Positions 20,354 through 46,505 of a stretch of DNA of 64,000 bases are shown in pieces (within the stretch, counting starts at the first letter, position 1; every line of letters begins with the position of its first letter). Source of the stretch: the human T2T-CHM13v2.0 reference genome, Homo sapiens; the NCBI RefSeq assembly GCF_009914755.1, contig NC_060925.1; one strand, written 5' to 3'. A program made the position numbers and the translations under genes. The notes beneath the pieces were generated by a model. It saw only the letters and a list, made by a program, of their open reading frames with translations. It was not told the origin of the DNA and ran no database searches.

Positions 20354-21501
20354 CTACAGATGGAGAAAGAAAAAAAACAAAAAAAAAAAAAAGAGAAAGA
20401 AACAAAACAGGAAATGGGTCTATGAGTAACAAGACAGAGAAAGCAGGGAATTTCTTAGAACATCGTGCTGAAGCAACATAATGATGATTATTTGATTTTT
20501 AAGTGCCACAATAGAAGATTTTTGTAAACTACTATGAAAAATATAAAATAAGTGAAGAGTGATTTTTAGCTTTCAGGTTTTTTTTTTTTTGTTTTTTTTT
20601 TTACCTTAGCAGAAGGTAAAAAAAAAAAAAAAAAAAAAAAGGTATTTCAATATCCTTCCAGGAATCAAACTAGGATTTTATGGGTTTGCTCATCCTTTTC
20701 TTCATTAGATCAGTAAACATTTAAGCATATATGTACCAAGCCATAGTTTTGCTAGACCCTCCTCAACGTTTCTTTCAATAAAATCAAGGTAAACAAGAAC
20801 ATTAAAAATTTTGATTTTTATAGTACATGATGATGTAGTAACTTTTTACTGAAATCTCTTTAATAGCAATAATTCATATCTTGAATAAATTCTGTTCCTT
20901 AGGTTGATTCAATGAGATGAAAAGGATGTCTAATTTTTATCTTCTCAAGGTAAGTTCTCCAGTCTAATAACAGAATAGCTATTCTAAGGCTAATGTATTT
21001 TCACTAAAATTGCAACATTCACATTTATAAAATGTTTTACATTTTCAAAGTGTTTTCATGTATACTACCTAATAAGCTCCTAAATCCATGATAGACAACA
21101 CAGATGATATGACCAAGGCTATACCAGTATAGGGCAGTGCTAGGACTATAACTTTAATGTTTCTTTCATTTTATCACAAGACATACACATACACTGATAT
21201 CTAGGGGTATCAGTGTTCATTTGTATTGGTTCATTTAAGTGGATCTATGCCTCCCGCTATACTAAAAACATCTCTTTTCTGAGTCATCATTATTGGCCTT
21301 CTGCATTGACATAGGGTCTGCTGCTCACTAATATCACTCATTGTCAATCACTCTTCTGTCTCTATTATTCATAACCTCTTCCCTTTTCTTTGTCCTACTA
21401 CTATTTAAAAAATTTTTATCCTTTTTTATTTTTCTTCTACTTACTAACTTTAGATAGAACAGCCAACTTTTAAACCACATGACCTACCAATTACAGTGCT
21501 C

Positions 21502-28801
<7,300 letters not shown>

Positions 28802-29296
28802 ATTTACAGATCTGATATAATCCTAATCAAAATTGAAGCAGATATTTTTGTGGAAATCAACGTGCTGATTCTTGAAAAATAACAATACTAGAAAATATAA
28901 CCACCACATATTGAGACTTATTATAAAACTATACGAAGAGAATGTGGCATCGGTTCAAGGATAGAAATAGACTGACGGAAAAGAATAGGGTCAGGAAACA
29001 CATGTGTGGTCACCTGATTATGATAAAGCAGGACACCAGGGAAAGCATGCTGATTTCATTAAATTGTGCTGAGTCAGTGCCTTACAGGAACAAAAAAAAA
29101 GATCTTGACTCCTAATGCATTACATTACATACATACAAAAATCAGTTCTAGATGGATTGTAGAGTTAAATGATAAAAAACCTTTCAGAGGAAAACAGGAA
29201 AAAAAATCTTCACACCATTGGGAATAGGCAAAGATGACTTAAACCGGACACACACAAAAAAACACGGATAAATGAGACTAAAAATGATTTGCTTAC

Positions 29297-29464
29297 TTCT
29301 TCCGGATGAAAGGTAGGAGGCAAGGTTGGTGAAGGTGCAAAAGGAGGTGGAGAGATAACCTTTCTTTCCTCTAGCTGGGCCATTATTTCCTTTCGTCGGC
29401 GATGTAGTTCATCTAGACTAGGATGAGGCTGGGGAGGAGGAGGAAGCCGGCTATAAGGAGGTTC
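29297..29464 (-). CDS. RC3H1: Coding exon 12 (168 nt), [11 protein letters not shown]...TFHPEE
   Basis: Translated by hand; TAG / GTAAGC boundaries. Confidence 0.97.
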
Positions 29465-29943
29465 CTAAAAATAGAAAGATTAGTTAAAATTGAAAGAGAA
29501 TTTCAGGACAGATTAATTCATTTAATATACTCAGCGTATATTTTAAGTTATGAAACAGCTTGTATACCCTTCTTAACATTTGGAAACACCAACACTTAAC
29601 AGAACAAAGTAAAACAAAACCCCCCAAACTCTCAAGATCTTCCAAATAGCTAAATTTAGGTTTCTTTTATTTGGTCATAATTACCAAGTAGATCTAGAAT
29701 TGTTAATTAAACCATCTAAAGTTCAGAAACTAAGAAAGGTTAATTGTGGGGAGGAGGCAGATTTTTTTCTCATTATATAGTTTAAAAAAAAAAATACCCA
29801 AATTATGAAAAGATTTAAAAAAAAAAGAAGCTCTCTTATAAAAAAGAATTCATCAAAGGGTTATTGTCATTGCATAAAAAGTAAGGAATCACAGCAAGCA
29901 ACAGTCAAATTAAGTCTATGTAATAAAAAAAAATACAGCATAC

Positions 29944-30314
29944 TCTGAGGTACGAAGGTCTGATCTGAGTTGGATGAGGAGCCACTGGATAGTAACTCTC
30001 GATCTGTTGGTATCTTTCTCTGGATTCTGGTACATACGATGGTACTGCTGCAGGTGGAATCTCAATGGGTATAGGGCTTTCTCGGAATATCTCTTCTCTT
30101 GTGTAAGACGGAGCAGGGTACACTCGACGGCCATCATAGTGAGATGGGTATATAGGTGGGTACTGCTGTGGCTGTGTGCCATACTGAGAGTTTACAACAC
30201 GTTCTTGGAGGTAGGGTGGATAATGATCCAAGTAGGGAGGAGCAGGTTCAGGAGCAGATGGTGGAGGTCGGACAAAGCGGGACACACATTGTGGTGGTGG
30301 AGTATAATACATAC
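29944..30314 (-). CDS. RC3H1: Coding exon 11 (371 nt), Pro/Tyr-rich; R688 is a CGA (CpG) codon at 30082-30084
   Basis: ORF 29905..30357; CAG / GTATGC boundaries. Confidence 0.98.
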
Positions 30315-30539
30315 CTGCACAATACAAAAGAGGACCCAAAAGCAAATAATGAGCCAATTTAGTTTTCTATGTAAGATTTTACCTTTTAAAATACTGAAAC
30401 ACTAAAGTATTGATAATCTACTTATTTCTTTACGAGTTTTCCATCTGCTTATATAATCAGGTTAGCTTTTTAAAAAATAAGCAAAAATTATCTGTAAAAG
30501 TCATTGAAAAAACTACCCTACTTATAATCTATAATAGTA

Positions 30540-31000
30540 GATTGGCTCTCATTGTTTGACCCTCTTTCTGGTGTGTCTTAATGCAATGAAGACACTGGAA
30601 AACAAAAAAACTACATTTCCCAGATATCCTTGAAGTCAGGTTCCACAAATCAATCACTTGCATGAGTTTTGAATTTGAAACTGAAATAACTGGGAGGAGA
30701 CATGGAACACAAAAGGCCAATTTTGCTGGCGCAGATTAGTAGCTACTGCTTGGCTCTACAGTTCTTGAGACAACAGTTGTGGCAATAGTTTCTCAGTTTT
30801 CCAACTTTTGCCTCAAATGACGTGATCTTGGAATTAAGCAGTTAGGACAGAAGTTTCTACTTCTACTGCTTCTTCATTGTAACAAGTTCTCTTGGCAGCT
30901 AACTCTGGAGCACTGTTTGCTTCTTTAGTACCTCCACCAATATGGCAGGCACCTAACTCCTGCACTAAATCTCTTTCTGCTTAATATAGCTAAAATAATT
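30540..31000 (+). mobile_element. ERVL LTR33-like relic
   Basis: aaactacatttcccagatatccttg and taaatctctttctgcttaa motifs. Confidence 0.5.
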
Positions 31001-32190
31001 TACCTAAAATTGAAAACAGGCTACAAAAAGAGTTGCATTTTTTCCTATAATGGATGGTCAAAGGAAGATACAAATCACGTTTTATCATATTTTGCATGAA
31101 TTAGTAATGCCATATCAATTAAAAAACATTCTCATGAATGAATGTAGAGAAGACAACATGATTCAAAATTAAATGACAGACTCGGAAAAAGAAGACAGCA
31201 CTTTTAATCTATTCCCATTTTAAAAATTATAGTACTATACTGCTTCTGACAGAGAGATCCAACACTTAAAATCATTCAGTGTTTATTTTACATATAAACT
31301 ATATATGTAAAACGTTAGTTTATTTTCTTTCCTTCATTCTCCATACCTGGTATTATCATTAAAGCTGGCTAATTTTCAAATTTGTCTATTTTTGAAATCC
31401 CTTCTTCTCCTTTCCCACCACACTAATTCGTCAGTACTCACACCAGGATTAACAGCCTCCTAACTCAACTCTCATTTTTCCAATCCATTCATAACTTTTT
31501 TTTTCTATTCCAAATACCTCTAGGGCATTTCTTCCATTAAGTCTTTTTGATTCCTCAAGTTCTCAATGATCTCCCTTGAGTCTTTCAGTCAATCTCTATC
31601 AAGCTAATATTAACCACAACAGATCACTTAATTTTTAACACATACATAAACACCACACACATGCATCTACTACTCATGCATATAGTTTTCTATTCTTTAC
31701 CATTATTTATTCTATTCTGTAAACTCTCTAAAGGTGTGTATGCTGCATTTTTTCATATATATTACAGGGCCCAGAAAAATAATAATTAAAAGAAGAAAAA
31801 TGTACTGTGGGTGTTTAATTTACACACACTATAATATTAATTCTTTTTTCATGCTTGAAGAAAATTTTGGTCAGGAGAATATATGCTGCCTTACTCAGCA
31901 AATTTCCATTGCCTACTTGTGTAACTTGTTATTTCCATAAATATTATATATGAACACATGTATTATGCAACTGCTTTTAGTAGATATGGCGGTTTGATTT
32001 TTATTACTTTGTTTCATTTATTTCATAGTATTTAGTTAATCATAAAATCTCAATTTTTCCAAAGTATTAAAAAATGCATTTATACATTTACTTATCTTAA
32101 AGAGGCTACTGTGTAAATGATCACTCTGACCTGAAGAACAGTTCTGATAATTCCTAAGAAAAGTTAGCAATATAAATTTAAAATCGTTAC

Positions 32191-32405
32191 CCTGCTGATA
32201 AGGTGCTGGTTCAAATGGCGGAGCTGCTCCTCGAGGATCCTGATAATAAACATCCGTCTGTTGTGCTGGATATAACTGAGAACCTCGAGGTACCATCTGA
32301 AGTGGTTTGGTAACAGGCATTGGAGGCAGATCTGCTGGCCCCCTTGGAGGTATAGAATGTGGATTCACAGGTAAGGCAGAAATACTCTTAGGAACAGATT
32401 CTAGC
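32191..32405 (-). CDS. RC3H1: Coding exon 10 (215 nt); includes MALT1 site MVPR579|G
   Basis: LESVPKSIS...PAPYQQ; TAG / GTAACG boundaries. Confidence 0.97.
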
Positions 32406-32565
32406 CTAAGGGAATAATATTATGGAAGTTGTTTAAAAAATACTTCTCATGTGCATAAATTGTTACAAGTAAAAAAGATTGCTACAATTTGGGAAACTCA
32501 CTTATTCTAATAGTCCTCCCTTCTACAAAATTTGCAATTTTTAAATCTTATTTCCCCTATGTTAA

Positions 32566-32883
<318 letters not shown>

Positions 32884-33051
32884 TAATTGTTTCTTAAAAA
32901 ACACTAGCATGGGAAATAAAAAAGCAACAAAATAAAGGCCAAAAAAAATAATCAGGGTTTTTTTTTTTTAAATCCCAAACATTAATTATTCTATCTTCCT
33001 TCGACTTTATGAAGAAGAAATTTTGAAATAAGAGTTAGAAAAATGACGTAC

Positions 33052-33333
33052 AGGTCAGGAGGGGATCCAGGAGCACTACTGCTCAGATGATCTATTTTTC
33101 CTGGTTTCAGACTAGAATCATAGCTGGGGTCTGTCCCTCGCGGAATAAGCTGTGTTACTGTATTCCCTGTTGATACAATTCCATTTGGCAGAGCAGGAGG
33201 TTTTCTGCTAGGGAGATCCACTGCACCTTCATCTGGAAGGATAGCTGCTGAAGGCAGGCCCACCTCATTAAGTTGACCCAAAGAGGCACTCAAGGGTCTT
33301 CTCGGAACCAGGCGCTTATTCATTTTACGAAAT
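33052..33333 (-). CDS. RC3H1: Coding exon 9 (282 nt); includes MALT1 cleavage site LIPR510|G
   Basis: ORF 32991..33386; boundaries TAG / GTACGT; residue count gives R510. Confidence 0.97.
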
Positions 33334-33521
33334 CTATATAAAAAGCATAGGCACATATCAAAAAGCAAATATAAAAGCAAAACCAAGAACTAAAATGTAC
33401 TTAATATTATTTTCTAGAAATATTCTCTCTTGAAACATTAACTCTATCAGTGTGTATATTTTGCATAAAATCTCTAGCAGCAAGACATATTAAGTATAAA
33501 ATTCCTCATAAAAATGTGTAA

Positions 33522-33826
<305 letters not shown>

Positions 33827-34725
33827 TTATAAATTATGCTATTAATATTTTTGCTATAATATATTTCTGTGGACATTTGTATTTCTAAAACTTATTGGAG
33901 AAGCTAGTAGAAAAATCTTTAGAAGATAGTTTCTGAAATATTTTACTTCAGCTCTCCCTCAAATGCCTTGGGATACAATGAGCCAATGTTAAAAAATTAG
34001 GAATAAAAGAAAAACAAAGCCAGTATGCACTGTGAAACATTTGTCATTTACTCTGTTAAAAAATTTAAGCAGCCAGGCACTGTGGCTCACACCAGTAATC
34101 CCAGCACTCTGGGAGGCTGAAGCGGGCGAATCACTTGAGCTCAGGAGTTTGAGACTAGCCTGAGCAACATGGTGAAACCTTGTCTTTACCAAAAATATAA
34201 AAACTTAACCGGGTGTGGTGGTGCATGCCTGTGGTCCCAGCTACTCGGGAGGTTGAGGCGGGAGGATCACTTGAGCCTGAGGCAGAGGTTGCAGTGAGCC
34301 AAGATTGCACCACTGTACTCCAGCCTGGGCAACACAGTGAGACCCTGTTTCAAAAAAAAATTTAAGCAATTAAGGATAGTGACTTTTATTAGAACTGCTT
34401 CAGAGATGCTGATGTTATGTATGCCAATACAAAATTAAAGTTATTTTAAAAGTAGGTTAATGGAACCAATACAGAATAATTGCCTGGGTTTAAAGAGATG
34501 CTGTGGTACAACAAGCACATCGATTCTGAAATCTAACCAAAGGAAAAAATATAAGCCATCAGACTCCAGGATCTTTGTTCCTCAACAATGAAAGCAAGTC
34601 CATTTACAACTGCTAATGCATTTTTATTTTGAAAAATAAAACCTCGGCTTGGCGCGGTGGCTCATACCTGTAATCCCAGCACTTTGGGAGGCCGAGGCGG
34701 GCAGATCACCTGAGGTCAGGAGTCA

Positions 34726-34971
<246 letters not shown>

Positions 34972-37058
34972 TCAGAGTAATAATGCTATTTTTCCACGTT
35001 TCCCAAAACTGACAAATTTCTGAGGTTGGGGAGAAAACTACCCCTCAGGGGTAATTATTGTTGAAAGTCTAGTGTATCATTATATGGAATTGTTCCTTTA
35101 TACATTAGCTTTATATTCATATAAGATTATTATTTGCAGCAGTTGAGTCATATATTACTGCTAATTTTTCCCTCCACTTAATAATCTTAGACATCCCTTT
35201 ATGTCAGTTCATTTTAGGCTGGTTGGGTTTTTTTTGGCTATTAAAATAATGTGCTGGGCACAATGGCTCACGCCTGTAATCCCAGCACTTTGGGAGGCTG
35301 AGGTGGGTGGATTCACTTGAGCTCAGGTATTCAAGAACAGCCTGGGAAACATGGGAAAACTGTCTCTACCAAAAATACAAAAATTAGCTGGGCATGGTGG
35401 CATGCACCTGTGGTCCCAGCTTCTCGGGAGGCTGAGGTGAGAGGATCATTGGAGCCTGGAAGTCGAGGCTGCAGTGGGCCATGATTGCATCACTGCACTC
35501 CAGCCTGGGAGACAGAGTAAGACCCTGTCTCAAAAAAAAAGTAACAGATAATTATGAACACGTACTTGCACCCTGTGTGAATAACCAAATAAGCAAAGGC
35601 AGAATGAGGTCAAAGAGCACGCAAATTAGAAATTTTTATGTCATACTGCTCTCTAAAACTATTTTAAGTCCTACTGATCATGAAGAAAAACGTCTTTCAA
35701 AACCTCATCAAATACTGGGTAGCACTGGTCTTGTTAATTTGGTAGTCCAAAAATACTAAGTTGCTTTAATTTGCATTTCTTTAACAACTAGTGAGATTGA
35801 ACATAGTTTCACAGGATAATTGGCCATTAGTATTTCTTCCGTAAACTATGTTTATGATCCATAAATCTATTGGTTCCTCTCCTTCCTACAGACTTGTAAG
35901 AGCTCATTTTATGTTAGGATATCAGCCCTCTGTGTGTCATTTCCTCACCAAGCTTTTTATAAAAAACTGTATTTGTACCATATCTTAGTTTTATAATTTT
36001 TATGTAATCAAATTTATCAATCTTTTCCTTTATGGATGCTGGGTTGCAGTTCTTAAAAAAATCTTTTCCTTCTTTCCTTATTTAACAACTAAAAACAAAC
36101 AAACAAAAATCCTCTTAACTACTCTGTGGTTTCTTGCCTTCCTAAATATTTAAATCTCTTATACATCTAGAGTTCATTTTAGTATAAAGATTGTGGTAAG
36201 AATCCAGCTCTATTTTTCAAATAGGTGACAGTTATTTTCCATCATTCATTTGGTCACTGATGTGAAATGCCACCTTTAGCACATATGCTAAGCTCCTATA
36301 TGCATCTCAAACTCCTCCTAGATTCTCTATTGCATTTCATTAATCTATCTATTCCTACGCAAAAGACTAAAGTCTTTTATTCACTGTAGTCCATAATACA
36401 GGTAAATAGTTATTAGTCTAGTTCCTGTCTAAAACTTCCAGAATTTTCAGAATTTTCCTTGCTATTTGTACCTATTTATTCTTTACAAGTGAATTTTTGA
36501 TAGGATCTTAACATCATCATGGTGAGATTTAAATTCGGATTTCTTGGAATTTGTTGTTTATGGGAAAATGAAACTTTTATAGCATCAAACCTTATCCAAG
36601 AACACAGTATATTTACTCAATATTTCTCTTATGTTCCTAGGTAATTTATTGGTTCAATTTATATACACCCTGGAAGAGATCCTTAATTTTAACTTATTTT
36701 TAAACTGGTTATGTTTCTCTTTTTAGTTTACACGAGGGCAATTCATGTTTGTGATTTTTAAAATTTGCCATCTTACTAAATTCTCATTTCTTTTGTTTCT
36801 AGTACTAAAGTTTTTCCCAATAATTTTATGGCTATGTTATTCTTTCTTACATACATTAGCTACTACTTCCACAATGTTAAATAACAGTGGTAGAAAATTT
36901 TACTACTAATTACTAGCAGAAAATTTTGCTTTATCCTTGACTTTAATGAGAGTGAATCGAATATTTTACTAATTAAGCATCATACTATTATGTTGGCTTC
37001 TGATTTATAATATAATTTATTACCATGCTGAGAAAGTATGGCATTTCTGTTGTATTAA

Positions 37059-37307
<249 letters not shown>

Positions 37308-37529
37308 TGATCCGCCCGCTTCAGCCTCCCAAAGTGCTGGGAGCCACCGGCGCCTGGCTGGAATTTGATTTTTAATTGACATTCAATTTTATTCAAAGGC
37401 CTTTGGCATTTTTTGGATATTATCATGTTATTTTCTAAGTTGTGATAATTATATTGTACTACTTTTGCAGAGTCATGGCATCTATTTTCTTTTCTTTAAA
37501 AAAAAATTATATTATTTATATTAAAAAAA

Positions 37530-37650
37530 AAAACCTACAGCACCCAATATTCCCAGGTAGTCTCCCATCCAAGTACTAACTGGGCCTGACCATGCTTAGC
37601 TTCCGAGATCAGATGAGCTCAGGTGGATTCAGGGTGTTATGCCCTTAGAC
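37530..37650 (-). pseudogene. 5S rRNA retro-pseudogene (RNA5SP family), full length
   Basis: GTCTAAGGGCATAACACCCTGAA...GATCTCGGAAGCTAAGCA...GTTAGTACTTGGATGGGAGAC...GGGTGCTGTAGG; about 18 differences in 121 nt versus human 5S by eye; TSD atggcatctatt at 37475 and 37651. Confidence 0.95.
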
Positions 37651-37783
37651 ATGGCATCTATTGTAATGTATTACTGAATTATATTTAAATTTTTGAGATT
37701 TTTAATATTAATACTTGCAGTAGATTTGCAGTTTTAATTGTGTTATCTTTGTCAAATTTAATGAAAGTGTTACATTGGATTTA

Positions 37784-37999
<216 letters not shown>

Positions 38000-38258
38000 T
38001 TAACATCCCTGAAATTATCTTGTCCTTGAAGTTTAAAAGAATCTGTTAAACTGAGCCAAGGGCAAAATTTTCCACTGGAAATACATCATGCAATTAGTTA
38101 AATTAAGTTAAAATTGATTAAAATTATTATAATTTTAATTTTTTTTGTAGTGAAAATGACCCACTTTTAGATTTAGCTAATCATAAAATAGTTTCCTATC
38201 TATAGGCATGATGCAATAAAAGCTGAAGAAACTGCTTTTCATTTTTAAAAATTATGTA

Positions 38259-38597
38259 CAGGTTGAATATCTCTTACCCGAAATGCTTGAGACCAGAAGT
38301 GTTTCAAGATTTGGATTTGTCTTGGATTTTGGAATATTTGCATATACATAAGGAGATGTCTTGGGGATAAGACCCAAATATATAACATGAAATTCATTTA
38401 TATTTCATATACATCTTTTACACATAGTCTGAAAGTAATTTTATACATTATTTTAAATAATTTTGTGCATGAAGTTTTGACTGCTATCCATCACAAGGTC
38501 AAGTGTGGAATTTTCAACTTGTGGTGTCAAGTTGGCTTTCAAGCATTTTTGGATTTTGAAGCATTTCAGATTTTCAGAATAGGAATGTTCAAGCTGT
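38259..38597. mobile_element. Tigger4/Zombi (MER46-type) DNA transposon
   Basis: caggttgaatatc...aaatgcttgagaccagaagtgtt...ggattttggaatatttgc...atttcagattttcag. Confidence 0.75.
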
Positions 38598-38718
38598 GTT
38601 ACATTCTAAAAATGTCCTATTCATTTAAGATAAAGCAGCTACTCTTTCTGTATTTCTGTATGTCAGCGAATTATTCCACTTACACCTTATTCCAAAGTCT
38701 CCTGACTTTCACACTTAC

Positions 38719-38831
38719 TTTTCCAGTTCCTCCTGTGAGTGTGCAAATGTACAGCTGGCCCCACGAGGGCATCCTCCTCTCTGCTTCATATCTCGACACA
38801 TGTATGTTTTGTATTTGCTATGCTGTGGAGG
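38719..38831 (-). CDS. RC3H1: Coding exon 8 (113 nt), CCCH zinc finger [31 protein letters not shown]
   Basis: C-x8-C-x5-C-x3-H motif; TAG acceptor, GTAAGT donor. Confidence 0.98.
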
Positions 38832-39519
38832 CTAAAACCAAAATCAAAACATTAGATGTGTAATAACCCCCCACAAAAAAACATAAATTTTGTGTTGTCA
38901 TTTTAGGATCTTGATAATCTAGATAAGTAATTCACATATTTATTTAGATTACCAAGAGCAAAAGTGCTGGAAAGTCATTCTGTCTGAAGTTTCAAAGTCC
39001 AAATATAAATAAAGCAAAAACAAAGAAGGTAGTCCTAATTTTTCTGATATGTTGATATTAATTCTCAAACAAGTAGCATAATATAAATTCTTGAATAAAT
39101 CTCATGGGCATTCTTATACTTGTATTATATGGAAAAAGAAAAAGCTCATGGGGACACTATGATCTCATTTCCACTTTTTTTTTTTTTTTTTTTGAGAAGG
39201 AGTCTTACTCTGTTGCCCGGGCTGGAGGGCAGCGGCGCAATCTTGGCTCACTGCAACTTCCACCTCCCCGGCTCAAGCGATTCTCCTGCCTCAGCCTCCT
39301 GAGTAGCTGGGATTACAGGTGTCCACCACCGCACCTGGCTAATTTTTGTATTTTTAGTAGAGACAGGGTTTCATCATGTTAGCCAGGCTGGTCTCAAACT
39401 CCTGACCTCAAATGATCCGCCTGCCTCAGCCTCCCAAAGTGCTTGGGATTACAGGTGTGAGCCACTGTGCCCAGCCCATTTCCACATTTTATAATGAAAA
39501 AACAAACCACTGTAGTTTA

Positions 39520-39678
39520 AGACTTTCAAATATATAAATTATCTTCTAATATTTGTTTTGTACAATGTTCAATATAGCTATATGTATGTTTCCATACAAC
39601 ATACCACAAAAACTACAAAAGGCCCTATAATCAAAGAATATTCTGTAACTAATTCTTCTTGACATGCAGAATAATATA
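39520..39678 (+). repeat. 159-bp direct repeat, copy 1
   Basis: 157/159 identical to 42608-42766. Confidence 0.95.
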
Positions 39679-40722
39679 TGAAGAACTTAAAATAGTTCCA
39701 AAAGTACAAATGACACTTATTATTTATAACTCAAGGATAAGGCAGGAGGATGGATTTGAAAGTTAATGAAATATGAGACACAACACTAAACTGGACAAAA
39801 TTTAGTGTATTTTATCACTATATGGCAGACTTTAAAGGTTAGTCTCATTACTCTTGTTATTTTCTTCAAGATGTCTAATGAAACAGAGAGTTAAAAACTG
39901 TAGGTTCTCCTTTCTTTTATGCCTATTCATAAATAAAGCTTTGACCTGTGTTAGATAGGTTAGGAAAATCATATCCAGATTATTTTACTTAGCAGGATAA
40001 TTTTTATATTTCTTGCCTCTTAAGCAAAAAGGAATACTGAGTAACCTATTTATATTTACCTGAACCAGGTAAATTAAGAGTTTTACGTTCACAGGCTTAC
40101 TACTGCAAAATAAAAGATCTAATGAACCTAATATAAATCCTGAGAGCAAAATAAAATTACTGGGAATAAAATTTAAAACTCTAGCTATAAGAAGTTATTA
40201 TATTCTACCATCGTATTTTCATCTAAAAACTTTGAGGGAGATTTGGCCCAATGGCATAAGACATTATGAATGAAAAAAATCTTAAAATATTAATAAGAAA
40301 ATCTATAGAAATTTGAACAGTATTGGAAAGACACAGTATTAGCACTAAAAAGTGATACTTATTGTCAAACCAAAATGTTAAACAAACTAAAGAGAATAAT
40401 AATCTTATATAAATGGAATAAACTTCAGCACTGAATCCATTTTCTCCATCAAATGCTGCCATATCCAATGTGAAGACTGACCCCAGCATGACATCAGATC
40501 AATAAGGATTATTTAATGTCAATATTGTCAGATAAAGTTATCAGCCTAATGCAGTAAACTGTTAACCATGCCAAGGTAATTTACAGTTTCTATACTCAGA
40601 GTCTCAAAATGTTCATGTTATCTTTTTGGCTTTGTATCTGTAGGTATACCCACAGTGGTTTACCTATAGTTTTAAGGCATATCCACAGTGGGTTAACTCT
40701 AAGTTTTAAACAGCTTCCTTAC

Positions 40723-40841
40723 CTGCTGCTGATCTGCTCCTTTTTTGCTGTGGTTCTGGATATAATCAACCAGCCCATGTACCACTGTACGCACAGCAAC
40801 CAGCCCATTTTCCAGCTGTTCCCAAGTAGGAGGAGGAGCAT
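40723..40841 (-). CDS. RC3H1: Coding exon 7 (119 nt), [11 protein letters not shown]...GADQQQ
   Basis: Translated by hand; TAG acceptor, GTAAGG donor. Confidence 0.97.
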
Positions 40842-41470
40842 CTATACAACCAATGATAATGTTTTAAACTCTAATGTTACTCAAAATTTTCCCTAATATC
40901 AAATTAATAAAAGAGTTACTTGAAAACATTTCAGTGAAATCAAGCTTCACACCTTAGCTTTTTAGATAATAGCTTATTCACCTAACCATCATTTTAAAGG
41001 AATGGACATATTCTTTCAAAGCTGGGGTTGCAAACTGAAATAACCATAGGAACAAGAAAGGTAACATGAAAGAGGTAAATAGGCCACACAATAGTGGTAA
41101 CTGTCATTAGACTCTCAGTGTTGAGGAGACAACAACGAGTGACAGGGACTGCTGAACTGGGGAGCATGTCCCTCATCTAAGAGTATGGTTATAACTCAGC
41201 TTTAGATGATTGTTGTTATGTGATGATGCAAGGCTGGCACTGCCAGATACATTCACTGTTTCCCAGGGAAACCTGAAACTTGAGATTTTTAAGTAAAAAT
41301 TTCCCAGTTTTAAAATATTGGCATCTAAGAAATTTAGACCATTGCTCAGACCAACACTGTGTGGATTAAACAAAACTGAGGACTGTCTACAGTTAGTCAA
41401 TTTGCATGTTTATTTTGAACTTTTATATAAATAAAGTTTTGGTAAACAAAAAGCTTAAAAAGTTTAATAA

Positions 41471-45700
<4,230 letters not shown>

Positions 45701-46372
45701 AAGATATCAAAAAAGTGCTCAACAACATTATCGAAATGCTGAAAACAAATGGGAGTGATTTAAAGACTAAGACAAAGCTTTTGGAATCAGAGACTGGGAA
45801 TCTACTAGTGAATATTAAGAGAGCTTCAGATCAGTAGTAGGAATAAACACAGAGAAGCTAAAATAACTTAGATGTAAGTGCAAGTTGAAAAATGAAGGTT
45901 GGGTATATTTTCAGGTTACGGAGAAGGAGCAGAAAAAACCTAAGTAAAGATATACAAGACAGGATACTTGAAGGAACAAGATATCATGGAGAGGGCAAAA
46001 ACAGGATCAAGGAAATGCAACTAAGGATACATAATACAGAAAAAAATGAGAAAAACGAGATTTGGAAGAGGTAAGAATGGTAAAATACAACACAATTTTG
46101 TGACGGGAGAAAGAAGAAACATAAAGAAGCCCAGAGAAATCTATTTTCCTGATGAAATGAGCAACAGTATAAAAAGTATTAAATAAATATTAAAGTGAAC
46201 TAACCTGAGATAAAGAGGGAAAAGATTTAAAATGGAAACTTAAAATACTGTAAAAAAGATCTGGAGTAACTACTTTGGGAAACCCTAGAGGAACAACAAA
46301 AGATAATTAAAGAATCATTGAGCAGCACGAAAGGCACATATAAGATAGTCCATTAATTTCCCGTGGGTTTAC

Positions 46373-46505
46373 CTGGACTAGGGTCAATGTTTGCTAACAG
46401 CTCCAAATGGGGTCTTAGTCGGTTCAAGTTTGCTGGGTCTCCAGTTCGCTGGAGAGCAATTGTTAGTTCCTGAACACTCTGTGCAAAAGAGGCTGGAGTC
46501 TGCAA
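46373..46505 (-). CDS. RC3H1: Coding exon 6 (133 nt), LQTPASF...IDPSP, HEPN-C
   Basis: ORF track; AAG acceptor, GTAAAC donor. Confidence 0.98.

Noticed and set aside
29974-30405. 143-aa plus-strand ORF
   Set aside because: Antisense shadow of RC3H1 coding exon 11 with no independent coding signal
38387-38863. 158-aa plus-strand ORF
   Set aside because: Spans a Tigger4 relic and the antisense of the zinc-finger exon; no recognisable domain
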